Of a stretch of DNA of 64,000 nt, positions 21,840 through 33,640 are shown in pieces; within the stretch, counting starts at the first letter, position 1; each line of letters begins with the position of its first letter. The stretch lies in the NCBI RefSeq assembly GCF_032444005.1, contig NC_091287.1:559798001-559862000 (forward strand), given 5' to 3'. The position numbers and the translations under genes are program-made. The DNA comes from Ranitomeya imitator (Eukaryota). The notes under the pieces are model-generated. The model was not told the origin of the DNA, made no database searches, and was given only the letters and a program-made list of their open reading frames with translations.

Positions 21840-24830
21840 GGAGAACTGTTTTCAGTTATTCTGTGGTAAGTGCATCCCTGTCTTTTGGGGTAAGTGTTCC
21901 AAATATTCTAGGGCGAGCGCTTTCAGTACTTTCTGGGCTAGTGCTTCACATTCTTCTGGAGTGAGTGCTTACCGTTCTTCTGGGCGAACAAGCGTTTCCT
22001 GTTCTTCTGGGGTGAAAGCTTCCCATTCTTCTGGGGTGAGCAGTTCCTGTTCTGCTGTCACGAGCCCTTTCCGTTCATCTGGTGTGAGCACTTCCCATTA
22101 TTCTGCAGCAAGCACTTTCAGTTCTTCTGAAGCGAGCGCTTTCAGCTCTGCTAGGCGAGCACTTCCCATTCTCCTGGGGCGAGCACTTCAAGTTCTTCTA
22201 GGACTGAGTTCTTCTTATTCTTCTAGACCAAATGCTTCACATTCTGTGGCAAGCGTTTCCCACTCTTATAAGGTGGGTGCTTCTCATTCTTCTGAGGTTG
22301 AGTGCTTCCCATTCTTTAGGACCAAATGCTTCACATTTTTCTGGGGCAAATACTTCCTGTTCTTCTGGTCCGAGCACTTGCCATTTTCCTGATGTGAGCT
22401 CTTCCAGTTCATCTGAGAAGAGTGCTTTCAGTTGTTCTAGATCAAGCACATCCCATTCTTCTGAGGGTGAATGCTTCCTCTTCTTCTGGGTCAAGTGCTT
22501 CCTGTTCTTCTGGGGAGGGTGCTTCCTGCTCTTCTTTGGTCAAGCTTTCCCCAATATTTTTGGAAGAGTACTTTCAGTTCTTCTGGGAATACCTTCTTTA
22601 AGGGGCGAATGTTGACCCCTATTCTAGGATGAGCGCTTTCAGTTCTTCTGAGCCAAGCTCTTCCCATTTTTCAGGGCTTCCTGTTCTTCTGGAGTTAGTG
22701 CCTGCCGTTCTTCTTAAAAGATTACTTCTGGTACTCCTAGGGCAAGCACTTTCAGTTGTTCTGGAGCTAATATTTCAATGTTTTTCTGGACAGGGCATGA
22801 AGCGCCCCCAGACGCAGGGCCGCGGGTTACTCGGTACCGGTCCTCTCTGTCTCGGTGCTGTGGTTGTCACGGTGGCTGGAGCCGGCCTGTGACCCTGCTA
22901 AGGGGCGTCCATTAAACGGGGTGATGAAAGTTAGTCAAGGGTTCGTGACGCCACCTGTGATCTTCGGTCAGGGTGACTGACGCTGCTTGGGGGTCCGCTG
23001 GGGTGATGGAATGGCAGCTAGAAGGTATACCTTCCCACAGGTGAAGTATATCCCCAGGGCTTCCCAGTAGTGTAGGTGGCGATGATGTGTGGCGCAGTTA
23101 ATAACGAGGACGCAGGGTTGCAGTCTCTTTACCTTTTACTGAAGACTTCGGGATCCGCAATCCAGAGCACTGCTAACACGGCTGGCTGAGTCCAGCCGGT
23201 CTGAAGGCACATCCAGAGTTCTCTTTGCAGGTGGAAATCAGTGCCTACCAACTAGCGCCTGTGTGTTGTAGTCCTTCCCTGCTGAGCATTCGGGATAGTC
23301 CTCACAACTTTCGTGTTCGTTCTTTCTCTTCTCCGTCCCCCAAGTTTATCTGGCTAGGACGCACCCGTATGACAGGTAGGCTCGAAGCTATTCTGGGACC
23401 ATAGGGACGCCCCTCTCCAACTTTGCCCCCTATGTCTGCTTAGGTGATGTATGGTAGACAGCCAACCTAAAATCAACTGCCCTGCCGCTGTTTGAAGTAA
23501 TGCTTGAAGTCTGTTACTTCCTCGGCGTTCCGGCCACCGGCTACGCGCCTCAGTAGGATGTTGCCGATCTCGGGGCACGACTCCTACTGGATATCTCCTT
23601 GTGCTGCGATTTCGTTTCTCACTTCTCCACAATATCCTTCGCTTCGTGTCCTTCCTTAGGATGCCGCCGCAAGGTAGTGCAGGCGCGGCTCCGTACATTC
23701 TGTCCTTTCTGCTAGGTACCTGCCAGGAACCCACCCCTGACAGGTCCTCCCTGGAGCTCTCCCAGGCTGCGTTCTGTTCTAACTTCTTATCCAACCCCCA
23801 GTTTTACCAAAGTGTGAGGAGTGGCCTAATACATAGTGACTTTTGCTCCCCCTGGTGGCCGGAGTGTGAAGTGTAATGTGTGACTGTGATACCTGGTCAG
23901 GTGAACTCCTTTAGTGCAATCAGACATAACATCACTCCCCTTAGTGGCAGAGCGACATTACTGCAACGGCCAGGACTCTGGGGCGCTGCAGGCAAATCCT
24001 ATTATTCTGGGCTGACAGCTTCCCTATATTCTTGGGTGAGAGCTTCCCGATCTTCTGCAGCAAGAGCTTCCCTTTCTTCTGGGGCGAGAGCTTCCCTTTC
24101 GTCTTGGGTGAGAGCTTCCGGATCTTCTGCGGCAAGAGCTTCCCTTTGTTCTGGGGTGAGAGCTTCCCTTTCTTCTTGGGTGAGAGCTTCCCGATCTTCT
24201 GTGGCGTGAGCTTCCCTTTCTTCTTGGGTGAGAGCTTCCCGATCTTCTTGGGTGAGAGCTTCCCGATCTTCTGCGGCAAGAGCTTCCCTTTCTTCCGGGG
24301 CGAGAGCTTCCTTTTCTTCTTGGGAGAGAGCTTCCCGATCTTCTACGGCAAGAGCTTCCCTTTGTTCTTGGGTGAGAGCTTCCCTTTCTTCTTGGGTGAG
24401 AGCTTCCCGATCTTCTGCGGCATGAGCTTCCCTTTGTTCTGGGGTGAGAGCTTCCCTTTCTTCTTGGGTGAGAGCTTCCCGATCTTCTGCGGCATGAGCT
24501 TCCCTTTCTTCTTGGGTGAGAGCTTCCCGATCTTCTTGGGTGAGAGCTTCCATTCGTTCTGGGGTCAGAGCTTCCCTTTCTTCTTGGGTGAGAGCTTCCC
24601 TTTCTTTTTGGGTGAGAGCTTCCCGATCTTCTTGGGTGAGAGCTTCCATTTGTTCTGGGGTCAGAGCTTCCCTTTCTTCTTGGGTGAGAGCTTCTCATTC
24701 TTCTTGGGTAAGAGCTTCCCGATCTTCTGCTGCAAGAGCTTCCTGATCTTCAGGGCCTAGCACTTCATATTCTTTCGGACAAGCGCTTACCATTCTTCTA
24801 GGACAAGTGCTTCCATTTTTCTAGGCTGAG
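21840..24830 (-). repeat. Degenerate 24-bp (8-codon) repeat, E-A-L-x-x-E-E-R-like on the minus strand, interrupted by a solo LTR
   Basis: ORF 24002..24649 - (EALTQEEREALTPE...); the same period continues, more decayed, at 21840-22797. Confidence 0.75.
22798..23990. mobile_element. Solo LTR (1193 bp)
   Basis: TGAAGCGCCCC...GGGGCGCTGCA (inverted termini); 4-bp TSD GGCA; shares motifs, in opposite orientation, with the solo LTR at 12363-13211. Confidence 0.9.
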
Positions 24831-25814
24831 CACTTTCCGTTTCGCTGTCTTCTCAGTTTCCTCCACCCGGCTGGACTGTGCCTTTAACAGGAGAATTACC
24901 AGATAGTGGAGTGAAATCCCACTACTTGAGCTGTCGATAGCGGCCGCGGGTGATGAATGGCTCCGTTTTAGGCCGATCCGCTCGTTTGAGCACCACAGAG
25001 GCTTAAACTTCATGCAAAAAAGCAGCTGCGGCCATTTTTCACTTTCCCAGAGACCCAGGAATACATTTTCCCAGTGAAATTCTGCTGGGATCAGTGTTTT
25101 TGCGGCTGAGGCCGGCGTGACAAGCTGTCAGCGAGCCGGAGGGTTCACATCCAGTCTTTATTGCTTTTTCTAAAGACCTGGATGGAGGAAAAAAAAATGA
25201 AATAAAACATTTGCTGCTTTTCTTGACAGGACTCATATATATATTTACTGCTCCGAGGAGACGGCGCCTTTAACCCTTTCACTCCAGGATTATAGAGCCA
25301 CATCGCCCCCATCGCTGGAGAATGGGGAGCCAGAGAAGTCACCGAGGATTGTGCTGTATATTGTATGGGCGCTGCCAGGATCCGACCAAGGGCCCACCGC
25401 TAACACGGACAGGGGCAGGCGGGGACCCCACTCATGCACAAGGGCTCAAGGGGGCAGGGGGCCAATATCACCTCCAAAGCAGAGGAATGGCGCATCGTGA
25501 GGAGTACAGGGCCCATATTCTGCCCCTGCCCAGGGGCCACTCCTGCATATAGTGGTGATACATTACACCCAGCCCCCTCTCTCCACTGCGAAGGACAGAA
25601 GATGGAGTGACAGGAGTGCGGCCTCAGTGACAGAGCGTCCCCTCATGTCAGCTGTCTGACGGCCCCCTCCATCCATCGCTCTGTAACCAGGAGGGTCACA
25701 GAAAATATGTGAGCGCCGACATCTGGGGACGACCAGCAATGAAAAGGTTAAATAACATCAGCTAGTGTAACAATGTATCAGGGGATGAGAACACACAGGT
25801 GAAGGGAGACAGGA

Positions 25815-28800
25815 CCTCTCATCTACAGAGACCCCTCATCTATACAGACCCCAGACCAGACCCCTCATCTATAGAGTCCCCAGACCAGACCCATTATCTA
25901 TAGAATCCCCAAACCAGACCCCTCATCTATACAGACCCCAGACCAGACCCCTCATCTACAGTCTCCAGACCAGACCCCTCATCTATAGAGTCCCCAAACC
26001 AGACCCCTCATCTATAGAGTCCTGAGACCAGACCCCTTATCTACAGAGTTCCCAGACCAGACCCATTATCTATAGAGGCCCCAAACCAGACCCCTCATCT
26101 ATAGAGTCCCCAGACCAGACCCATTATCTATAGAATCCCCAAACCAGACCCCTCATCTATACAGACCCCAGACCAGACCCCTCATCTACAGTCTCCAGAC
26201 CAGACCCCTCATCTATAGAGTCCTGAGACCAGACCCCTTATCTACAGAGTCCCCAGACCAGACCCATTATCTATAGAGGCCCCAAACCAGACCCCTCATC
26301 TATAGAGTCCTGAGACCAGACCCCTTATCTACAGAGTCCCCAGACCAGACCCCTCATCTATAGAGTCCCCAAATCAGACCCCTCATCTATAGAGTCCTGA
26401 GACCAGACCCCTTATCTACAGAGTCCCCAGACCAGACCCATTATCTATAGAGGCCCCAAACCAGACCCCTCATCTATAGAGTCCTGAGACCAGACCCCTT
26501 ATCTACAGAGTCCCCAGACCAGACCCCTCATCTATAGAGTCCCCAAATCAGACCCCTCATCTATAGAGTCCTGAGACCAGACCCCTTATCTACAGAGTCC
26601 CCAGACCAGACCCATTATCTATAGAGGCCCCAAACCAGACCCCTCATCTACAGAGTCCCCAGACCGGACCCCTCATCTATAAAGTCCAAAGACTGACCCC
26701 TTAACTATACAGTCCCCAAACTGAACCCCTCATCTATAGAGTCCCCAGACAAGACCCCTCATCTACAGAGTCCCTAAACCAGACCCCTCATCTACAATTA
26801 CCTAGACCAGACCCCAAATCTACAGAGTGCCCAGACCAAACCCCGGACCCCTCATCTATAGATTCCCCAGACTGGACCCCTCATCTATAGAGTCCCCAGA
26901 CTGGACCCTTTATCTACAGAGTACCCAGACCGAACCCTTTATCTACAGAGTCCCTAAACCAGAACCCTCATCTATAGAGTCACTAGACCAGACCCCTCAT
27001 CTACAGAGTGCCCAGACCGGACCTCTCATCTACCGAGTTCCCAGACCAGACCCCTCATCTACAGAGTCCCCAAACCAGACCCCTCATCTACAGAGTGCCC
27101 AGACCGGACCTCTCATCTACCGAGTTCCCAGACCAGACCCCTCATCTATAGAGTGCCAAGACTGGACTTCTCATCTACAGAGTCCCCAGACCAGACCCCT
27201 GATCTACAGAGTTTCCAGACCGGACCCCTCAACTATACAGACCCCAGACCGGACCCCTCTTCTATAGAGTGCCCAGACCGGACCCCTCTTCTATAGAGTT
27301 CCCCAGACCGAACCCCTCATCTACAGAGTCCCAAAACCAGACCCCTCATCTATACAGATCTCAGACCAGACCCCTCATTTAGAGAGTCCCCAGACTAGAC
27401 CCCTCATCTACAGATTCCCCAGACCGGACCCCTCATCTACAGAGTCTCCAGACCGGACCCCTCATCTACAGAGTCCCCAGACCGGACGCCTCATCTATAG
27501 AGTCTCCAGACCGGACCCCTCATCTACAGAGTCCCCAGACCGGACGCCTCATCTATAGAGTCCCCAGACTGGACCCTTCATCTACAGAGTCCCAAACCCA
27601 GAACCCTCATCTATAGAGTCACCAGACGAGACCCCTCATCTACAGAGTCCCCAGACTGGACCCCTCATCTACAGAGTCTCCAGACCGGACCCCTCATCTA
27701 CAGAGTCCCCAGACCGGACCCCTCATCTACAGAGTCTCCAGACCGGACCCCTCATCTACAGAGTCTCCAGACCGGACCCCTCATCTACAGAGTCCCCAGA
27801 CCGGACCCCTCATCTACAGAGTCTCCAGACCGGACCCCTCATCTACAGAGTCCCCAGACCGGACGCCTCATCTATAGAGTCCCCAGACTGGACCCTTCAT
27901 CTACAGAGTCCCAAACCCAGAACCCTCATCTATAGAGTCACCAGACGAGACCCCTCATCTACAGAGTCCCCAGACTGGACCCTTCATCTACAGAGTCCCC
28001 AGACCAGACCCCTCATCTCCAGGGTCCCCAGACCAGACCCCTCATCTCCAGGGTCTCCAGACCAGACCCCTCATCTATAGAAAGCGTAGCCCATACTTTG
28101 TGTTTCTTCTTTTTCACTTTCTTTTTTCCTTTTTTCACTTTCCCACTGGGTGTTTCTTCCTTTTCAATATTACAAGGTATGTGTTATCTCTTTAATTTCT
28201 CTTCAGTGATCTTTTGTGCCATTTTTTGCCTTATTATACCTGGTCTTTATCTGCGGTGTGTGCTTCCCCGTGCCTTCGTCTATCCGTTGCCATGGTCACG
28301 CGTCCGTGTGACGTCTTCGGCCCTTCGCCCGCCTCCTGGCGCGTCAGTGGCGGGCGCGGGCTGATGACGTCGGACGCTGGTATCTTGGTTTTCGGCGGGT
28401 GTCACATGATACCGCTTTTACACTCTATTGGCCGCCTGGCGCTATTAATACCGGCAGCTTTCATCTGTGCACCGCGCCCCCGAGGAAGCATAGTAGCGAA
28501 ACGCGCGTTGGGGTTGTCTTCCACGTCCATTCTCAAGGTTGGTCTATTACGGGTATGCATTTTCAGGGATTTTGATTACAATCTAATCCGTCATTACTAG
28601 GCCTCTTTTGGTAAACTATTATGGTTATGGTTTGGCATAATTGCATGATTTTTATTGGGGGCCTGTATATACCGTGCACTTGCTGGTTTATATTGTTACA
28701 TTGGATACGAGGCCCTTATGAATCTCTTGTAGCCAGCAATTTTGCGTGTGTTATCTTATATATTTATAACCATTAACCTTTTTGTTCATTCTTTGCCTTT

Positions 28801-29732
28801 TTTGCACATATATACTTTTTGTAGTTTATGGCCTGTTAAATATTACTTAATATGATCATTAGTCCTGCGGCTCATTTTGCTATTTTGCACATATTTATAA
28901 GCATGTAGTTTTATTATGCCCTTTTGATTAATCTCACCCCCTTTGGACAGGACTCTAGGTGTCACTTGAACCCTGTTCTCTTGTTCTTTATGTTTTTTTA
29001 TGTATTTATTTATTGAAATGATGATAAAATTGTTGTTATATCATCATCAATAACATTTCTATTTTTATTTCTCTGAGATCCATTTCTTTTTTTGGTTTAC
29101 ATTTATGCATTTATGGATGCTCTTATCTATAGAGCCCCCAGACCGGACCCCTCATCTATACATACCCCAGACCGGACCCCTCATCTACAAAGTCCCCAGA
29201 CCGGACCCCTCAAGTACAGAGTGCCCAGACTGAATCCTCATCTGTAGAGTCCCCAGACCTGACCTCTCATCTACAGAGTCCCAAGACTGGACCCCTCATC
29301 TATAAAGTCCACAAACCAGATCCCTCATCTATACAGACCCCAGACCGGACCCCTCATCTACAGAGCCCCCAGACCGGACCCTCATCTACAGAGTTCCCAG
29401 ACTGGACCCCTCATCTACGGAGTCCCCAAACAGGACCCCTCATCTATAGAGTCCCCAGACCAGATCCCTCATCTACAGAGTCCCCTAGACCGGACCCTTC
29501 ATCTACAGAGCCCCCAGACCAGACCCCTCATCTACAGAGTCGCCAATCCAGACCACTCGTCTATATAGACCCCAGACCAGACCCCTCATCTTAACAGACC
29601 CCAGACCAGACCCTTCATCTATAGATTCCCCAGACCCTTCATCTATACAGACCGCAGAGCAGACCGCTCATCTATAGAATAACCAGACCAGACCCCTCCT
29701 ATATAAAGAACCCAGACTAGACCCCTCATCTA
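25815..29732. repeat. ~30-bp minisatellite (CCAGACCAGACCCCTCATCTATAGAGTCC)n, interrupted at ~28082-29115
   Basis: Direct periodicity on both sides of the interruption. Confidence 0.92.
28082..29115 (+). mobile_element. Probable Penelope-like terminal fragment inserted in the minisatellite
   Basis: Non-repetitive AT-rich insert with hammerhead-shaped motif CCC CCGAGGAA GC-N6-GC GAAAC-GCGC-GTT GGG (28476-28512). Confidence 0.45.
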
Positions 29733-29880
29733 CAGTTGTGTTCAAAAGTTTACAGACCCTGGCAGAATTTTTGCTTTCTTGGCCTTTTTTCAGAGAATAT
29801 GAATGATATCACCAAAACTTTTTCTCCCCTCCTGGTTAGTGGTTGGGTGAAGCCATTTATTGTCACTACTGTATATTCTC
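29733..29880 (+). mobile_element. Truncated left end of a further Tc1 family
   Basis: TA|CAGTTGTGTTCAAAAGTTTACAGACCCTGGCAG...; same family as 42718-42808. Confidence 0.7.
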
Positions 29881-29959
29881 TTTTCAAATCAGCATCGCTC
29901 TCAGCGTGCAGACGGCAGATCGGCGCAGTCCTGCCCCCTCCGTCCTCACCGGTATGTGC

Positions 29960-30505
29960 TGCACTGATCTGCCCTCACCGTCCCGCGCCATCCTGCCCTC
30001 ACCGTCCCGCGCCATCCTTCCCTCACCGTCCCGCGCCATCCTGCCCTCGCCATCCTGCCCTCACCGTCCCACGCCATCCTGCCCTCACCGTCCCGCGCCA
30101 TCCTGCCCTCGCCATCCTGCCCTCACCGTCCCGCACCATCCTGCCCTCGACATCCTGCCCTCATGTCCCGCGCCATCCTGCCCTCACCGTCCCGCGCCAT
30201 CCTGCCCTCGCCATCCTGCCCTCACCATCCCACGCCATCCTGCCCTCGACATCCTGCCCTCACGTCCCGCGCCATCCTGCCCTCGCCATCCTGCCCTCAC
30301 CGTCCCGCGCCATCCTGCCCTCGCCATCCTGCCCTCACCGTCCCACGCCATCCTGCCCTCGACATCCTGCCCTCACGTCCCGCGCCATCCTGCCCTCGCC
30401 ATCCTGCCCTCACCGTCCCGCGCCGTCCTGCCCTCGACATCCTGTCATCACCGTCCCGCGCCATCCTGCCCTCGCCATCCTGCCCTCGCCATCCTGCCCT
30501 CGTCC
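29960..30505. repeat. GC-rich ~24-bp minisatellite (CCATCCTGCCCTCACCGTCCCGCG)n with shorter subunits
   Basis: Direct periodicity. Confidence 0.9.
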
Positions 30506-30817
30506 TCGTCCTTCTGCTATGACACAAATCTTCTCTGCTGCAATTAGAAGTGATGGACAATTTGCCACTGACTGATCCAGAATCACTGTCCCGGCGGAGA
30601 TGTGACCGCCGCTTTCTGCCTAATTATTTCTTCATTTTTTGTTAAATGATTCAAGGAGAAGCAGATGATGATTATCCTCCATGTTGATGTTCTGCCGGAA
30701 AGATTTATGGGCAAATCAGAAAGAAAAAAAAGATAAGTCTGGAATAGAAGCTGCACATGGTGACGCTAACGAGCCGCTGAACGATGGGATTATGAGGAGG
30801 AAAACGGCGACATATAA

Positions 30818-32310
30818 ACTGCCGCAGCTCGCACTGAAAGTGTACCATCATCTGCCGCAGCTCGGACTGACAGTGTACCATCATCTGCCGCAGCTCGGAC
30901 TGACAGTGTACCATCATCTGCCGCAGCTCGGACTGACAGTGTACCATCATCTGCCGCAGCTCGGACTGACAGTGTACCATCATCTGCCGCAGCTCGGACT
31001 GACAGTGTACCATCATCTGCCGCAGCTCGGACTGACAGTGTACCATCATCTGCCGCAGCTCGGACTGACAGTGTACCATCATCTGCCGCAGCTCGGACTG
31101 ACAGTGTACCATCATCTGCCGCAGCTCGGACTGACAGTGTACCATCATCTGCCGCACCTCGGACTGACAGTGTACCATCATCTGCCGCAGCTCGGACTGA
31201 CAGTGCATCATCATCTGCCGCAGCTCGGACTGACAGTGTACCATCATCTGCCGCAGCTCGGACTGACAGTGTACCATCATCTGCCGCAGCTCGGATTGAC
31301 AGTGTACCATCATCTGCCGCAGCTCGGACTGACAGTGTACCATCATCTGTCGCAGCTCGGACTGACAGTGTACCATCATCTGCCGCAGCTCGGACTGACA
31401 GTGTACCATCATCTGCCGCACCTCGGACTGACAGTGTACCATCATCTGCCGCAGCTCGGACTGACAGTGTACCATCATCTGCCGCAGCTCGGACTGACAG
31501 TGTACCATCATCTGCCGCAGCTCGGACTGACAGTGTACCGTCATCTGCCGCAGCTCGGACTGACAGTGTACCATCATCTGTCGCAGCTCGGACTGACAGG
31601 GTACCATCATCTGCCGCAGCTCGGACTGACAGTGTACCATCATCTGCCGCAGCTCGGACTGACAGTGTACCATCATCTGCCGCACCTCGGACTGACAGTG
31701 TACCATCATCTGCCGCAGCTAGGACTGACAGTGTACCATCATCTGCCGCAGCTCGGACTGACAGTGTACCATCATCTGCCGCAACTCGGACTGACAGTGT
31801 ATCATCATCTGCCGCACCTCGGACTGACAGTGTACCATCATCTGCCGCAGCTAGGACTGACAGTGTACCGTCATCTGCCGCAGCTAGGACTGACAGTGTA
31901 CCGTCATCTGCTACAGCTCGGACTGACAGTGTACCGTCATCTGACGCAGCTCGGACTGACAGTGTACCGTCATCTGACGCAGCCCGGACTGACAGTGTAT
32001 CGTCATCTGCCGCAGCTCGGACTGACAGTGTACCATCATCTGCCGCAGCTCGGACTGACAGTGTACCGTCATCTGCCGCAGCTCGGACTGACAGTGTACC
32101 ATCATCTGCCGCAGCCCGGACTGACAGTGTACCATCATCTGCCGTAGTTCAGACTGACAGTGTACCATCATCTGCCGCAGTTCAGACTGACAGTGTACCG
32201 TCATCTGCCGCAGCTCGGACTGACAGTGTACCATCATCTGCCGCAGCCCGGACTGACAGTGTACCATCATCTGCCACAGTTCAGACTGACAGTGTACCTT
32301 CATCTGCTAC
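30818..32310. repeat. 33-bp minisatellite (CTGCCGCAGCTCGGACTGACAGTGTACCATCAT)n, about 45 units
   Basis: Highly homogeneous direct repeat. Confidence 0.95.
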
Positions 32311-32949
32311 GGAGCACAAGAATACACGCGTAGAATGAAACAATGTATCATCTGACGCCCGGCACCATAAGTAACATATTATAATCAGAGATCAATCAAT
32401 GTGTCGTAATTTAGGAAATGCACTGAATCTGGTGAATTTGAATAATTTGCATAAATGTCGATTTACGTCAATCAACAAAATGCCACCATTTTACATAAAG
32501 CAGAACATTGCCAACGAAGGCTCACATGACTTCAGGCGCGACTTCCCCATCGTAATGCATTACATCACAGCTATCTCCTCACATCAGGAGCGAATAATGT
32601 AGCCAGTATAAAATCCGGGGCAGGGAATGCAGCAGCCGTTCTAGGGTGAATCTGGATAGTGACAAGACGTCTCAGAAATAGACGTAGGAAGAGGAAGGCA
32701 TAAAACACCAAATAATCATTACAGATAGTGTGTGACAGCGCAGCAGTGAAGAACCGTTACCATCCGGTCAACGATAGTCAGGTGTAGTGAGAACACTTGG
32801 ACATTAGTAAGGCAGCATGTTATAGAAAGTGAGCACACTAGGTAAGGTGGATCCACTAAGCCCAAAGTCTGCGTGGATACTTGGGTGTCAGTACAGCAGG
32901 CGGGTATTTCATGTTGATACAGATAGCAGAGTTACTAGAGGAGAACTAA

Positions 32950-33640
32950 AAGTCTTAATGGCGTCCTGTAAGCTGCAAACGGACAGGAGACGTCCTGGAA
33001 GCCGGTAGTGGACATGAAAAGGCAAACTGAAAGTCATTAAAGGGGTACTGGAAACCACAAGCAGACAGGAGATGCCCTGGAAACTGCATGTGTACATGAA
33101 AAGGCAAACTGAAAGCCTTAAAGGGGTACTGGAAACCACAAGCAGACAGGAGATGCCCTAGAAACTGCATGTGTACATGAAAAGGCAAACTGAAGGTTTT
33201 GAAGTGGTCCTGAAAGCCACAAGCAGACAGGAGATGCCCTGGAAACTGTGTGTGTACATTTAAAGGCAAACTGAAGGTTTTGAAGTGGTCCTGAAAGCCA
33301 CAAGCAGACAGGAGATGCCCTGGAAACTGTGTGTGTACATGTAAAGGCAAACTGAAGGTTTTGAAGTGGTCCTGAAAGCCGCAAGCAGACAGGAGACATC
33401 TTGGATGTTGTAGGTGGACACATAGAGGCAAACTAAAAGTCTTAAAGGGGTACTGGTAGCCACAAGCAGATAGGAGACATCGTGGAAGCTGCATGCTCAC
33501 AAGTAGAAACAAACGGAAAGTCTTAAAGTTGTCCTGGAACCCACAAACGGACAGGAGACCTCTTGGATGTTGCAGGTGAACATGTAGAGGCAAACTGAAG
33601 ATCTTAAAGGGGTCCTGGAAGCCAAAGACAGGTAGCAGAC
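32950..33640. repeat. 81-bp degenerate tandem repeat, about 8 units
   Basis: GGCAAACT recurs at 33021, 33103, 33184, 33265, 33346 and 33427. Confidence 0.85.

Noticed and set aside
25117-25130. Meis/TGIF-type palindromic site TGACAAGCTGTCA
   Set aside because: Off-consensus spacing and a single occurrence; it cannot be supported without conservation data.
30681-32147. 488-aa His-rich protein (PQLGLTVYHHL)n
   Set aside because: Product of a stop-free 33-bp unit; several frames on both strands are open and nothing favours this one.
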